Counted from the stretch's first letter, positions 29,301 to 38,365 are shown. The stretch is 64,000 nt of DNA from Bacteroidota bacterium (GCA_021824625.1 JAKAKE010000181.1:5209-69208); one strand, 5' to 3'. Notes: generated from the letters alone by a model not told the origin. Numbers and translations: made by a program.

Positions 29301-31793
29301 GTCGAGATTACTGTTCCAGTAAAAAATGTGTTTATGCCTAATGTGTATGTATCGGCAACTTTGTTTAAAAAACATACAGTTAATAACAGCACACCGTTTT
29401 TAGTAGGCCATGGCTATGCATCAATGAAAGTTGAAAAAAATTCAAATAAATTACAGGTGAAAATATTTGCACCTGAAAAAATAAAGCCTAATACAAGCCA
29501 AACTATAACTGTGAAAACAGCTCCCGAAAGAAATATCTTTGTTACACTTGCCGCAGTTGATGAGGGTATCTTGCAAGTAAAGAATTTCAAGACGCCAGAC
29601 CCTTATGGATATATGTACGCTAAGCGTGGATTGAAAGTTGAAAGCTATGATTTGTATAAATTGTTACTTCCTGAAATTGTCGGCAACTCTTCATCAGGCG
29701 GTGGTGATGAAGAAATGTTTGCTGAGATGCTGAAGAAAAGAACAAATCCGATAACAACCAAGAGGTTCAAGTTGTTTGCATTCTGGAGTGGAATTGTAAA
29801 AACCAATGGAAGAGGTGAAGTTAAGATACCAATAAATTTCCCGCAGTTTAACGGTGAAGTCAGATTGATGGCTGTTGCTTATACAGAAGCGAGATTCGGC
29901 TCAGCAGAAAAACCGATGAAAGTAGCTGATGACCTAATCATCGAACCTGAAATACCAAGATTCCTCGCACAGGATGATTCTCTTGTCATGCCAGTTACAT
30001 TGATAAATACTACTTCATCGAAGGGCAAGACAAATGTTAATATTAAAGTAGATGGTCCTATGAAAATTCTATCACGAACATCGCAATATGCTGAGATCGA
30101 GCCAAATGCAACAAGGCAGGTGGTATTTGTTCTGAAATCTTACTCTTCGGTAGGTAATGCAAAAATTACTATTGAAACATCCGGGATGGCTAAAGTTAAG
30201 GAAGAAATTGATATTGCAGTACGTCCAGTTTCTCCTTATTTAACTTACACAGGTGCGGGAACAATAAAAGGTGGTGCTTCTCAGAATTTCAATATACCCG
30301 GTGGATTCTTGTACGGAACACAACATTCAACCTTAACGATTAGTAAATTTCCTGCTATCAAATTTGCTAAACAATTAAAATATCTTGTAAGCTATCCATA
30401 CGGATGTATTGAACAAACTGTATCGAAACTGTTTCCTCAGATATATTTTGCGGAGCTGTCACAACTTGTTGCTCCGGAATTTTATAAGACATATAATCCG
30501 GTATATTATGTGAAAGAAGGAATAAGAAAAGTAGAATCAATGCAGTTATATGACGGTTCCATGGCATACTGGCAGGGAGGAACTTATCCAAGCTGGTGGG
30601 GGAGTGTCTATGCGGCTCATTTCCTCCTCGAAGCAAGAAAAGCCGGATTTGAAGTGAAAGAGGATGTACTGAAAAATCTTTTGTACTATTTATCAAAGAA
30701 AGCAAGAGAAAGAAGCACTTATGAATATTACAGGTACGATGGAAACAGGACTACCATTACAAAGATTGCCAATAAAGAAATACTTTACTCTTTATATGTT
30801 CTTGCTCTTGCGGGAAAGGGTGATATATCCACAATGAATTATTATAAATCAAGGCTTAATCTTGTTTCTGCCGATTCTAAATACTTATTGGCCGGTGCTT
30901 ATGCTATGATGGGAAAATGGAGCAGTTACAACGAATTAATTCCAAAAAATTATCAACCGGAAATTACTTACAGAGAAACAGGAGGATGTTTCGATTCGGA
31001 AATCAGGGCTAATGCTCTGATGCTTGAAATCCTGCTCGAGGTTGAAACGAACAATGTTCAGATACCTTACATAGTGAAATATCTCGTTCAAAAAATTGAT
31101 AATGTATATTCAACTCAGGAAAATGCATTTGTATTCATGGCTTTGGGCAAAGCGGCTTACTCAAAGGCAAAGAATAATGTCAAGGTTGAAGTCTTTGTCG
31201 GCAAAAAGAATATAGGAAATTATTCAGGTAAGGATTTGAATTTGACCGATGATGTTATGAACGGAGCAAATGTATATCTAAAGGGAACAGGCAATGGCGA
31301 TGTATTTTATTTCTGGTCCACAGAAGGTATTAGAGTTAATGAAAGTGTCAAAGAAGAAGATATGTTTATGAGAGTGAGAAGAACATATTATGATTACAGG
31401 ACAAAAGCTGAAATAACGAATAATCAGTTTTATCAGGGACAATTGGTAATAGGTAAAATTTCATTGACCGGATTAGAAAGGTCAGCCGAAAATATTGTCA
31501 TCACTGATATGCTGCCTTCAGGTTTTGAAATTGAAAACCCGAGATTGAATGTATCATCTGATCTGACATGGCAAATCAAAAATCCGATTAATGTTGAATA
31601 CATGGATGTTCGAGATGATAGATTATTATTGTTTACTAAACTTTGGACAGGAGCAACAAAAGAATTTACATATTTAATAAGAGTTGTCAATCAGGGTAAA
31701 TTCAGGAAGCCGGTTATTGGTGCTGAGGCTATGTATAATCCTGAATATCATTCTTACAATGGTGCCGGGATAATATCTGTCGTTAGAAAATGA
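26385..31793 (+). CDS. alpha-2-macroglobulin family lipoprotein (bacterial A2M)
   Basis: 1802 aa; lipoprotein-like signal (LTAIIFISCG); thioester motif region YPYGCIEQTVS (CxEQ as in E. coli YfhM CLEQ); size/architecture typical; PBP1C gene downstream. Confidence 0.85.
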   Translation: MKKIFVFVGCILTAIIFISCGLRNAVEVVSFNPSGSVGTLTTFTIEFSKELAPVDTQDKWLTEEFVKFEPKIPGKFKWTSASTLIFSPDVQLEPIQEYSAEITKKVLFDKDLSLDAETIEFKTHDFDITKVDLFWTHIPNQYYKVSVQANLHFNYPVNPDMLKQNLLVEHDGKPVTNYQIVTKEKSDLIAVNFGEIQQTDKEQVFKITVKKGLMSVFGKSGLYDDRTFSNKLEPITKLAITGVASGFDGATGWIEVSTTQMVDEKRLKEYVKTEPWKDLSFFVSDNSFRIEANLENVQDVMLKIRKGLPGLYGGELEFDFEQQVSFVNLEPSINFADKKGKYLMLGGNKNLQVNFVNIDEADIEVSQVFKNNLLWFLNQNSYDYYDYEEDYGYNSDIWTGDYGKTLYEEKINLLNNKNWLEKKYINLNRITGQKYKGIYVVNVRSSQDRWIADAKMIAITDLGIISKKSGNEIIVFVNSIAKAEPVEGVEISVISSNNQTLLNGKTDKEGTIRFTDVRKKIEGFTPRLIVAETANDFNYIDLKETFIETSRFDVGGVFEFLEDVNTFIYSDRNIYRPGENVFLSAIVRNDKMEVLKDIPVFLKIITPTGKTFTEMKKLLNDEGSFEASFRTPEYVQTGEYRAEVYTGSNQLIGTYKFSVEDFVPDKIRLMLKSDKDFAFPGDQIGVSIDAEFLFGAKASGLKYESHINLRHRPFVSKRFSEYDFNNSSRTNPIYEEVNMDGFLDGNGKGRVDYVVPHDIKGSGIVTCYTYVNVFDLTGRTVNRAATTDIYPKDYFIGFKSSGYYFGTNDRLNFKTAAVDHSDKPIKGFNAAVKLVRFDWQTILKKDNNDRYFYASEEKEIVEWQKNMSLNGGTKDISFTVSKSGRYELRISKEGEDEYQKKSFYAYGWVNTTASSFQVDKEGRVDIVFDKSQYEPGNKAKILFNCPFAGKLLVSFERNGVYDYQYIEMESKSVEITVPVKNVFMPNVYVSATLFKKHTVNNSTPFLVGHGYASMKVEKNSNKLQVKIFAPEKIKPNTSQTITVKTAPERNIFVTLAAVDEGILQVKNFKTPDPYGYMYAKRGLKVESYDLYKLLLPEIVGNSSSGGGDEEMFAEMLKKRTNPITTKRFKLFAFWSGIVKTNGRGEVKIPINFPQFNGEVRLMAVAYTEARFGSAEKPMKVADDLIIEPEIPRFLAQDDSLVMPVTLINTTSSKGKTNVNIKVDGPMKILSRTSQYAEIEPNATRQVVFVLKSYSSVGNAKITIETSGMAKVKEEIDIAVRPVSPYLTYTGAGTIKGGASQNFNIPGGFLYGTQHSTLTISKFPAIKFAKQLKYLVSYPYGCIEQTVSKLFPQIYFAELSQLVAPEFYKTYNPVYYVKEGIRKVESMQLYDGSMAYWQGGTYPSWWGSVYAAHFLLEARKAGFEVKEDVLKNLLYYLSKKARERSTYEYYRYDGNRTTITKIANKEILYSLYVLALAGKGDISTMNYYKSRLNLVSADSKYLLAGAYAMMGKWSSYNELIPKNYQPEITYRETGGCFDSEIRANALMLEILLEVETNNVQIPYIVKYLVQKIDNVYSTQENAFVFMALGKAAYSKAKNNVKVEVFVGKKNIGNYSGKDLNLTDDVMNGANVYLKGTGNGDVFYFWSTEGIRVNESVKEEDMFMRVRRTYYDYRTKAEITNNQFYQGQLVIGKISLTGLERSAENIVITDMLPSGFEIENPRLNVSSDLTWQIKNPINVEYMDVRDDRLLLFTKLWTGATKEFTYLIRVVNQGKFRKPVIGAEAMYNPEYHSYNGAGIISVVRK

Positions 31794-31850
31794 TGAATTC
31801 TGAATTTTGAATGTAAATAACAATTTAACATTGAAAAATGTGAGGATTTT

Positions 31851-32315
31851 ATGTCTGAAATTAAGCCGAACAAAAGTCGAAAAATTATTCGGATTGTGAT
31901 TTATTCACTGATTTTTGTTTTTGTTTTAATCCAGTTCATTCCGGTTAACAGGACAAACCCACCTGTGAAAAGCGAGCCAAAATGGGATTCAGATAAGACA
32001 AAGCAATATGCAATCAGAGCTTGTTATGACTGTCACAGCAGCAAAACAAAATGGCCTCTTTATTCACACATTGCTCCATTATCATGGCTCATAATAAGTC
32101 ATGTTGAAGAAGGTCGGGAGGAATTGAATTTTTCGGAATTTAAATTAGGAGACGGAAAAGAAGCCGCTGAAGTTGTTGAGCATGACATCATGCCACTTAA
32201 CAGTTATGTAATTCTTCATCCCGATGCCAAACTTACTTATAAAGAGAAGGTAGAGTTTGTCAAAGGGCTTGTTGCTACATTTGGCAGGAAGGTAAAGAAG
32301 GGTGATGAGGATTAA
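31851..32315 (+). CDS. heme-binding domain protein (Haem_bd/PF14376-like) with CxxCH motif and N-terminal TM anchor
   Basis: AIRACYDCHSSKTKWPLYSHIAP contains c-type heme motif CYDCH; N-terminal hydrophobic helix; last four codons lie inside the tandem-duplicated repeat. Confidence 0.55.
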   Translation: MSEIKPNKSRKIIRIVIYSLIFVFVLIQFIPVNRTNPPVKSEPKWDSDKTKQYAIRACYDCHSSKTKWPLYSHIAPLSWLIISHVEEGREELNFSEFKLGDGKEAAEVVEHDIMPLNSYVILHPDAKLTYKEKVEFVKGLVATFGRKVKKGDED

Positions 32316-32489
32316 AGCAACTGTCTTTATTAGGATTTGTAGGATTAAAGGATGATAGGATATCTATGAAATATGAGGAATTGACACATAAAATAGGATG
32401 AGGATTAAAGCAACTGTCTTTATTAGGATTTGTAGGATTAAAGGATGATAGGATTTGAATGAAATATGAGGAATTGACTCATAAGATTA
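32304..32489 (+). repeat. 93-bp tandem duplication (2 copies) spanning left inverted repeat and first 10-11 codons of the GxxExxY gene
   Basis: Copy 1 32304-32396 carries a truncated start (atgaaatatgaggaattgacacataaaatagga TGA = MKYEELTHKIG*); copy 2 32397-32489 carries the real start at 32459; copies differ at a few positions. Confidence 0.85.
32415..32439. repeat. left terminal inverted repeat tgtctttattaggatttgtaggatt (also present in duplicated copy at 32322-32346)
   Basis: Perfect 25/25 reverse-complement match to 33016-33040; similarity extends ~15 bp further with mismatches. Confidence 0.85.
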
Positions 32490-32872
32490 TCGGATGTGCA
32501 ATGAAAGTTCATTCTTCTCTTGGTAATGGATTTCAGGAAGTTATATATCAGAGAGCTTTAGCATTAGAATTTGAAAAACAAGAACTGAGTTACATGAGAG
32601 AAATGGAGATGCCGATTTATTATGATGATACTAATATTGGTACTCGTAGAGTTGATTTTTTCGTTGAAGATTTGATAATGGTTGAACTTAAAGCTGTAAT
32701 AAAATTAGATGACATGCATTTAAATCAAGCAATGAATTATTGTCAGGCATATAATCTTCCAATCGGTCTTCTGATTAATTTCGGAAGCAATAGCCTTGAG
32801 TTCAAAAGAGTATATAACGTTAATCATCCTTTGAATAAAGATTACAAAAAAAATAAACCAAAATTAGTCTGA
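32459..32872 (+). CDS. GxxExxY family protein (PD-(D/E)XK nuclease-fold)
   Basis: N-terminal MKYEELT.KIIGCAM.VH..LG.GF.E.VY motif (GNGFQEVIYQRAL = GxxExxY) and conserved D/E-x-K core (RVDFFVEDLIMVELK). Confidence 0.8.
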   Translation: MKYEELTHKIIGCAMKVHSSLGNGFQEVIYQRALALEFEKQELSYMREMEMPIYYDDTNIGTRRVDFFVEDLIMVELKAVIKLDDMHLNQAMNYCQAYNLPIGLLINFGSNSLEFKRVYNVNHPLNKDYKKNKPKLV

Positions 32873-33015
32873 ATTAGGATTTGTTGGATTATTGGATGAT
32901 AGGATAAAATAAAAATGAGAAAAAATCAACATCATATTAAATTGATATGATAATTTATTAAAGATAATTTATTTGGTAAATGTATTATGAATTATAAATA
33001 ATCCTATAATCGTAA

Positions 33016-33040
33016 AATCCTACAAATCCTAATAAAGACA
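33016..33040. repeat. right terminal inverted repeat aatcctacaaatcctaataaagaca
   Basis: Reverse complement equals left IR; lies 5 bp upstream of the pbpC GTG start. The related AGGATT array at 32873-32907 lies between the GxxExxY stop and this IR. Confidence 0.85.
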
Positions 33041-33045
33041 ATGGT

Positions 33046-35358
33046 GTGATTTTGATTTATAAAAAATACTCAAAGGAAATCAAACCTGCTTTGTTCAGCA
33101 CGGCAGGTTTGTTATTTATTTTCATTTTAATCGAAATAATTTTTCCTCTGCCGAAATTAAAACCTTTTTCAAAAGTAATTATGGCTTCCGATGGAACTGT
33201 ATTGTCAGCTTATCTTACGAGGGATGATAAATGGAGGTTGCGTTGCAGCCTTGATGAAGTTTCTTCTGACCTGACAAAAGCAATTATCGAGAAAGAAGAC
33301 AAATGGTTTTACTGGCATCCGGGCATCAATCCTGTTTCTATTGTGAGAGCTTTTACAACCAATATAATTAGAGGTAAAAGGGTGTCAGGGGCTTCGACAA
33401 TTACAATGCAGCTTGCCAGAATGTTTACTCCTTCAAATAGAACTTACTTTAATAAAATAATCGAAATATTCAGAGCTTTTCAAATCGAATTGCACTATTC
33501 AAAGAAAACAATTTTGGAGATGTATCTTAATTCTCTTCCTTACGGAGGGAATATTGAAGGTGTAAAATCTGCTTCATATATTTATTTCAATCGTCCTCCT
33601 GGAAAATTGAGTCTTGCTCAATCAATTTTGCTGACAGTAATTCCAAATGACCCGAATTTATACAGAATTGACAAATCAGTTTCATTTGCAAAATCAAAAA
33701 GGAATTATTGGATTAGACAATTTATGAGGGATAATGTTTTTCCTGTAAATTCATTGCATGACGCTTTATATGAGCCGATTGAAACTGCTCGATATAATAT
33801 ACCTTCTACTGCTCCTCATTTTTGTTATTACATAATGTCAAATTTCAATGGCGATAATATTCAAACTACATTAGAACTTGACAAACAGAAAAAAGCCGAA
33901 TCAATATTGTTGAATTATGTTGAAAGAAACAAACCGAAAGGAATATCCAACGGTGCTGTAATTATAATTGATAATAATAATTCTAATGTAGTTGCCTATT
34001 GCGGTTCCTCGGATTTCTACAATCAATCGGCATCAGGCCAGGTAAATGGAATCAGGGCTGTCAGGTCGCCCGGTTCAACACTCAAAGCGGGTTTGTATGC
34101 TTATGCATTTGACCTTGGAATATTAACACCAAAAATGAAATTGCTCGATGTTCCGACAGATTTCAGCGGATATGAACCTGAAAATTATTCGGAAAAATTC
34201 CATGGTGAAGTTACGGCAGAATTTGCTTTGATGAATTCATTGAATGTTCCTGCTGTAAGGCTTCTCGAAAAAGTAGGATTAAGCCAATTTTTATTATTAC
34301 TCGAAAAAGCCGGATTCAGAGATATTATTAAACAAAAAGAAAAACTTGGTTTGTCATTGATTCTTGGCGGATGCGGTGTCAGGATGGAACAACTTGCCGC
34401 TATGTATTCTGCTTATGCAAGGGAAGGCAAACTCTATCCTTTGAATTATATTAATAGAGAAGATAAAAGAAATTATGTACAAATTTTCTCACCGGGTGCT
34501 GTTTATATTGTTTCTCAAATATTATCAAACATCAAAAGGCCTGATTTCCCAAATGAACTTCTAAACAGAACCCGACTGCCCAAAATTGCATGGAAAACCG
34601 GGACATCTTATGGAAAGAAAGATGCATGGGCAGTTGGTTATAATCCCGATTATACAATTGCTGTGTGGATGGGTAATTTCGATGGCAAAGGTTCGCCGCA
34701 TTTATCCGGTTCGGAAATGGCTGTTCCTCTATTGTTTGATTTATTCAATGCTATTGATTACAATCCAAAAAAGAAATGGTTTAAGATGCCATCAGATGTT
34801 GGATATAGAGAAGTTTGTGTGGAAACCGGAAATATTCCATCAAAAAATTGCGGGCAAATAACATCTGATTATTACTTAAAAAATATTTCAACAAATGATA
34901 TATGTAGTTTGTATAAGGAATTTTATGTCAGCATTGATGAATCAGTACAATACTGTACCGAATGTCTTCCTGACGGAGGATATAAGAAAATCATGTATCC
35001 CGTTTATGACCCTGAGATTGTTTTGTGGAATTCATTAAATAATATTGTGTATAAAAAAATACCGCCTCATAATCCGGATTGCCAGGCAAAATTTTCAACC
35101 AAAGGGCCGAAAATAATTTCGCCCTCAGATAATTTTGAATATTTTATCGAAGATAAATCAGAACAGCAGATACTACTTCAAGCCGCAGGGGGAGAGGATG
35201 TACAAGTATTATACTGGTATATAAATGACAAATTCTTTGTAAAATCCAGACCTGAAGAAAAGCAATTCTTCATAGCAGAAAAAGGAAAAACTAAAATTAC
35301 ATGTCTTGACGATAAGGGAAGAAGCAGTACTGTTTTTATTGATGTAAAGATTTATTAA
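33046..35358 (+). CDS. pbpC: penicillin-binding protein 1C (bifunctional GT51 transglycosylase/transpeptidase); GTG start
   Basis: GT51 motifs (RAFTTNIIRGKRVSGASTITMQLARMF; ...EIFRAFQIELHYSKKTILEMYLN), transpeptidase SxxK (RSPGSTLK), SxN (MNSLN) and KTG (WKTGTSYG); C-terminal PbpC-specific domain; classic partner of bacterial A2M. Confidence 0.85.
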   Translation: MILIYKKYSKEIKPALFSTAGLLFIFILIEIIFPLPKLKPFSKVIMASDGTVLSAYLTRDDKWRLRCSLDEVSSDLTKAIIEKEDKWFYWHPGINPVSIVRAFTTNIIRGKRVSGASTITMQLARMFTPSNRTYFNKIIEIFRAFQIELHYSKKTILEMYLNSLPYGGNIEGVKSASYIYFNRPPGKLSLAQSILLTVIPNDPNLYRIDKSVSFAKSKRNYWIRQFMRDNVFPVNSLHDALYEPIETARYNIPSTAPHFCYYIMSNFNGDNIQTTLELDKQKKAESILLNYVERNKPKGISNGAVIIIDNNNSNVVAYCGSSDFYNQSASGQVNGIRAVRSPGSTLKAGLYAYAFDLGILTPKMKLLDVPTDFSGYEPENYSEKFHGEVTAEFALMNSLNVPAVRLLEKVGLSQFLLLLEKAGFRDIIKQKEKLGLSLILGGCGVRMEQLAAMYSAYAREGKLYPLNYINREDKRNYVQIFSPGAVYIVSQILSNIKRPDFPNELLNRTRLPKIAWKTGTSYGKKDAWAVGYNPDYTIAVWMGNFDGKGSPHLSGSEMAVPLLFDLFNAIDYNPKKKWFKMPSDVGYREVCVETGNIPSKNCGQITSDYYLKNISTNDICSLYKEFYVSIDESVQYCTECLPDGGYKKIMYPVYDPEIVLWNSLNNIVYKKIPPHNPDCQAKFSTKGPKIISPSDNFEYFIEDKSEQQILLQAAGGEDVQVLYWYINDKFFVKSRPEEKQFFIAEKGKTKITCLDDKGRSSTVFIDVKIY

Positions 35359-35360
35359 TT

Positions 35361-35714
35361 TTATTTTGATTCAAAATTTAATGCCAGCCATATAGTAGGC
35401 TCATTCTTATTAACTTCCTTAACTTTATGTTTCAGGTGTGAAGGTATAAATAAATAATCTCCCGGTAATAATTTTATTAATTCATCATTCTCGAATTGAA
35501 GTGCAGCAGAACCTTTCAATAGAATTACCCATTCATCCTTATTTTGGTCATACCATTTATCACCGGGAATTGAATTAGGATATGATATTATCCTTTCTAA
35601 TTTCAGATTTTCATTTTTGAGCAAATCTTCAAAGATTTCCTTATTCGATTCTGTTATGTTAGTCGAAGCATCTTTTGATTTTATATCTTCAAATATATTT
35701 TTTTTTACCAACAT
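35361..35714 (-). CDS. cupin domain protein
   Basis: 117 aa; pattern W..L.G.A......L..GD...IP....H conserved in cupin_2 barrels. Confidence 0.5.
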   Translation of the reverse strand: MLVKKNIFEDIKSKDASTNITESNKEIFEDLLKNENLKLERIISYPNSIPGDKWYDQNKDEWVILLKGSAALQFENDELIKLLPGDYLFIPSHLKHKVKEVNKNEPTIWLALNFESK

Positions 35715-35720
35715 CTTATT

Positions 35721-36758
35721 CTAAAAAAGTGAATCCGGTGTATTATGAATTTCATCAAATCCGAGGTGCTTATATGCCAATGGAGTTGCCACTCTGCCTT
35801 TGGGTGTTCGCTGTATGAATCCCTGTTGAATGAGGAAAGGTTCATAAACTTCTTCTATTGTTCCAGCTTCCTCAGAAATTGCCGCCGATATTGTATTCAA
35901 TCCCACAGGGCCTCCGCCAAATTTTTCGATGATTGTAATCAAAATTCTCTTATCCATTTCATCCAAACCGTACCCGTCAATATCGAGTGCTTCAATTGCT
36001 ATCTTTGCAATTTCAGTATTTATTTTACCATCGCCTTTGACTTGTGCAAAATCTCTTGTTCTGCGTAAAAGGCGGTTTGCTATTCTTGGAGTGCCTCGTG
36101 AACGGGAAGCGATTTCATAAGCACCTTTTTCATCTATCGGAACATTTAATATTTGGGCAGAACGTTTAACGACATGAATTAAATCTTCAGTCGGATAATA
36201 ATCGAGCCTGTTGAAGACTCCGAACCTCGACCTGAGTGGTGCAGTTAATAATCCTGCACGTGTAGTGGCTCCAATTAGAGTGAATTTTGGCAATGTCAGC
36301 TGAATCGTTTTTGCAGATGGGCCCGAATCAATCATAATATCAATCCTATACTCTTCCATTGCTGAGTATAGATATTCCTCAATAACAGAGGAGAGTCTGT
36401 GTATTTCATCAATAAACAAAACATCACCCTCCTGAAGATTAGTCAATATACCCGCAAGGTCACCTGGTTTTTCAAGAACTGGGCCCGAAGTTATTTTTAT
36501 ATTAGCATCCATTTCTTTCGATATAATATAACTGAGAGTTGTCTTGCCGAGCCCGGGGGGCCCTGTCAGAAGAATATGGTCGAGTGGCTCATGTCTTTGC
36601 TGTGCCGCTTTGATAAATACTTTAAGATTATCAACAATTTTTCTTTGCCCGGTAAATTCGCTGAAAGTCTTGGGCCTGAGAGTTTTTTCAATCTCGTCGT
36701 CAGGCATGAATTCAGGGTTAGTCAGAGATATAGTATATGTATCGGTTTCTTTTTCCAT
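35721..36758 (-). CDS. ruvB: Holliday junction branch migration helicase RuvB
   Basis: Walker [21 protein letters not shown], Walker [11 protein letters not shown], sensor and winged-helix regions; 345 aa. Confidence 0.92.
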   Translation of the reverse strand: MEKETDTYTISLTNPEFMPDDEIEKTLRPKTFSEFTGQRKIVDNLKVFIKAAQQRHEPLDHILLTGPPGLGKTTLSYIISKEMDANIKITSGPVLEKPGDLAGILTNLQEGDVLFIDEIHRLSSVIEEYLYSAMEEYRIDIMIDSGPSAKTIQLTLPKFTLIGATTRAGLLTAPLRSRFGVFNRLDYYPTEDLIHVVKRSAQILNVPIDEKGAYEIASRSRGTPRIANRLLRRTRDFAQVKGDGKINTEIAKIAIEALDIDGYGLDEMDKRILITIIEKFGGGPVGLNTISAAISEEAGTIEEVYEPFLIQQGFIQRTPKGRVATPLAYKHLGFDEIHNTPDSLF

Positions 36759-36773
36759 ACTGCAATTTAAGTA

Positions 36774-37802
36774 TTAATTCTGTTTTATATTCTGAATATT
36801 GTCAATCTTTTTTCTGTTGGCATCATTTGAGAGTTTAACAGGGCATGATGTTTTACCGTCGTGTACGCAATCCCCGGGGCATGGAGTAACATACAGTCGT
36901 GGAATTGCAGTGGGATATTTTTTTACAAGTGAATTATGAATATCCTTTTCTAATTGGTAAGCTTCTTCGAGTGTGAAGTCCCAGGGCATGATTACATCAA
37001 TTTCTATGAAAATGTCTTTGCCGGACTGTCTTGTATGTACTTTTTTAAATTCACAAAAACGGTTGATGTTTTCTGCAATTACAGAAATAATATCAAACTG
37101 AATGTTTTCAGGCAAAGTATGGTCGAGCAGTTGATTGATTGCCCCCCTGCCATGAGTAATCTGCACTTTGAGCGAATATGATAATAATAAAACTGCTGTT
37201 AATGAATCAATATATTTACCGAAAATTTTATAATGGAAGTAGCTGACTACAGCACCTAAAGCCAGGTTTACTAATACACCCATTTCAATGAGACTGTCTG
37301 TTTTCCATATCTCAGCATCATATTCGAGTAGAGGCATTTGGAATTTTTTAGAGGATTTTCTTAAAAATGCCCCAGTTCTTCTCAAAATCATAAAACTTGC
37401 CAGAGAATAAATAATTAATATGGTATAGTTCTTAACCGGCACAGGACTGCCAAAGTCTTTCACTGCTTCAATTATTGTATAAATTAATAGCAATGTCAAC
37501 AGGGTAGAACCGGCAAGTATCGCCATACTTTCGTATTTGCCGTAACCATAATTGAAAACGTAATCAGGGGCTCTAATACTTTGTTTGATTGCAGAAAGAA
37601 ACAGAAGTGAAGTTAATATTTCGGTTGCGGCGATTAATCCGTTTGCCGTTACCGAAAGCGAGTTTTCCAGGATTCCGAAGAAAATCCCACCGGCTGCCAG
37701 CATACTACAGATAATTAATGAAATCCTCGATGGAAAAACTGCCGAAGACTTATCAAAATATTTCTTCATTCTTGTTGATAAATTGTCCCTGTAAACATCC
37801 AT
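36774..37802 (-). CDS. cation diffusion facilitator (CDF) family metal efflux transporter with Cys-rich C-terminal tail
   Basis: Six TM helices, YGYGKYESMA motif region, cytoplasmic C-terminal domain; tail TPCPGDCVHDGKTSCPVK; 16-bp gap to ruvB (operon). Confidence 0.6.
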   Translation of the reverse strand: MDVYRDNLSTRMKKYFDKSSAVFPSRISLIICSMLAAGGIFFGILENSLSVTANGLIAATEILTSLLFLSAIKQSIRAPDYVFNYGYGKYESMAILAGSTLLTLLLIYTIIEAVKDFGSPVPVKNYTILIIYSLASFMILRRTGAFLRKSSKKFQMPLLEYDAEIWKTDSLIEMGVLVNLALGAVVSYFHYKIFGKYIDSLTAVLLLSYSLKVQITHGRGAINQLLDHTLPENIQFDIISVIAENINRFCEFKKVHTRQSGKDIFIEIDVIMPWDFTLEEAYQLEKDIHNSLVKKYPTAIPRLYVTPCPGDCVHDGKTSCPVKLSNDANRKKIDNIQNIKQN

Positions 37803-38365
37803 AATTTATTTTCTATGTTTGGATTTGAGTCAATATTAAATTTAACAAAATTATGAATATCAGATTTTTTATTGAAGGTAAATATCATATAAAATTTAAT
37901 ATTTAGGCTAAGTAATTGAAATATAAGAGCAAACAGCAAATGGAACGTTTTTTGATAAAAATAATTTAAAAAAAAGTGAAATTTTTCTGAGACCTTTTTG
38001 GGTTTCATGTGTCATTACAGTAAGGATAATTGTGTAAAATTAAAAAACATATATAACAATTGGGGGTGGAAAGTCTGAAAAACATTGATAGCACTGATTT
38101 TTGGGGAATTTGCCGTTTAATTATTTTTTGGAAGGAGGCAGTTGGCAATATTTTACAAACGCTTTTTTAAATTGTTGTACAGTAATTCTTAATAAAAAAT
38201 TTTATATTATATTTTAAAGTTAGAATATTTTAATTATTTTTGTTAATTGATTAATTTCACTTTATTATATAATGATGTTAAAAAAATAACAGGTTGCTTA
38301 GAAATAAATAAGAATAAAAAATAGTGTTTTCTATAATTTAAGTTTAATTATTTTAGGAGGTATGT

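Noticed and set aside
38141-38160. Sigma-54-like -24/-12 element (TGGCAatatttTACAa) upstream of the giant T9SS cargo gene
   Set aside because: The GG-to-GC spacing is off by one and the -12 element reads TTACA instead of TTGCA. The match is too weak to call without an RpoN regulon model.
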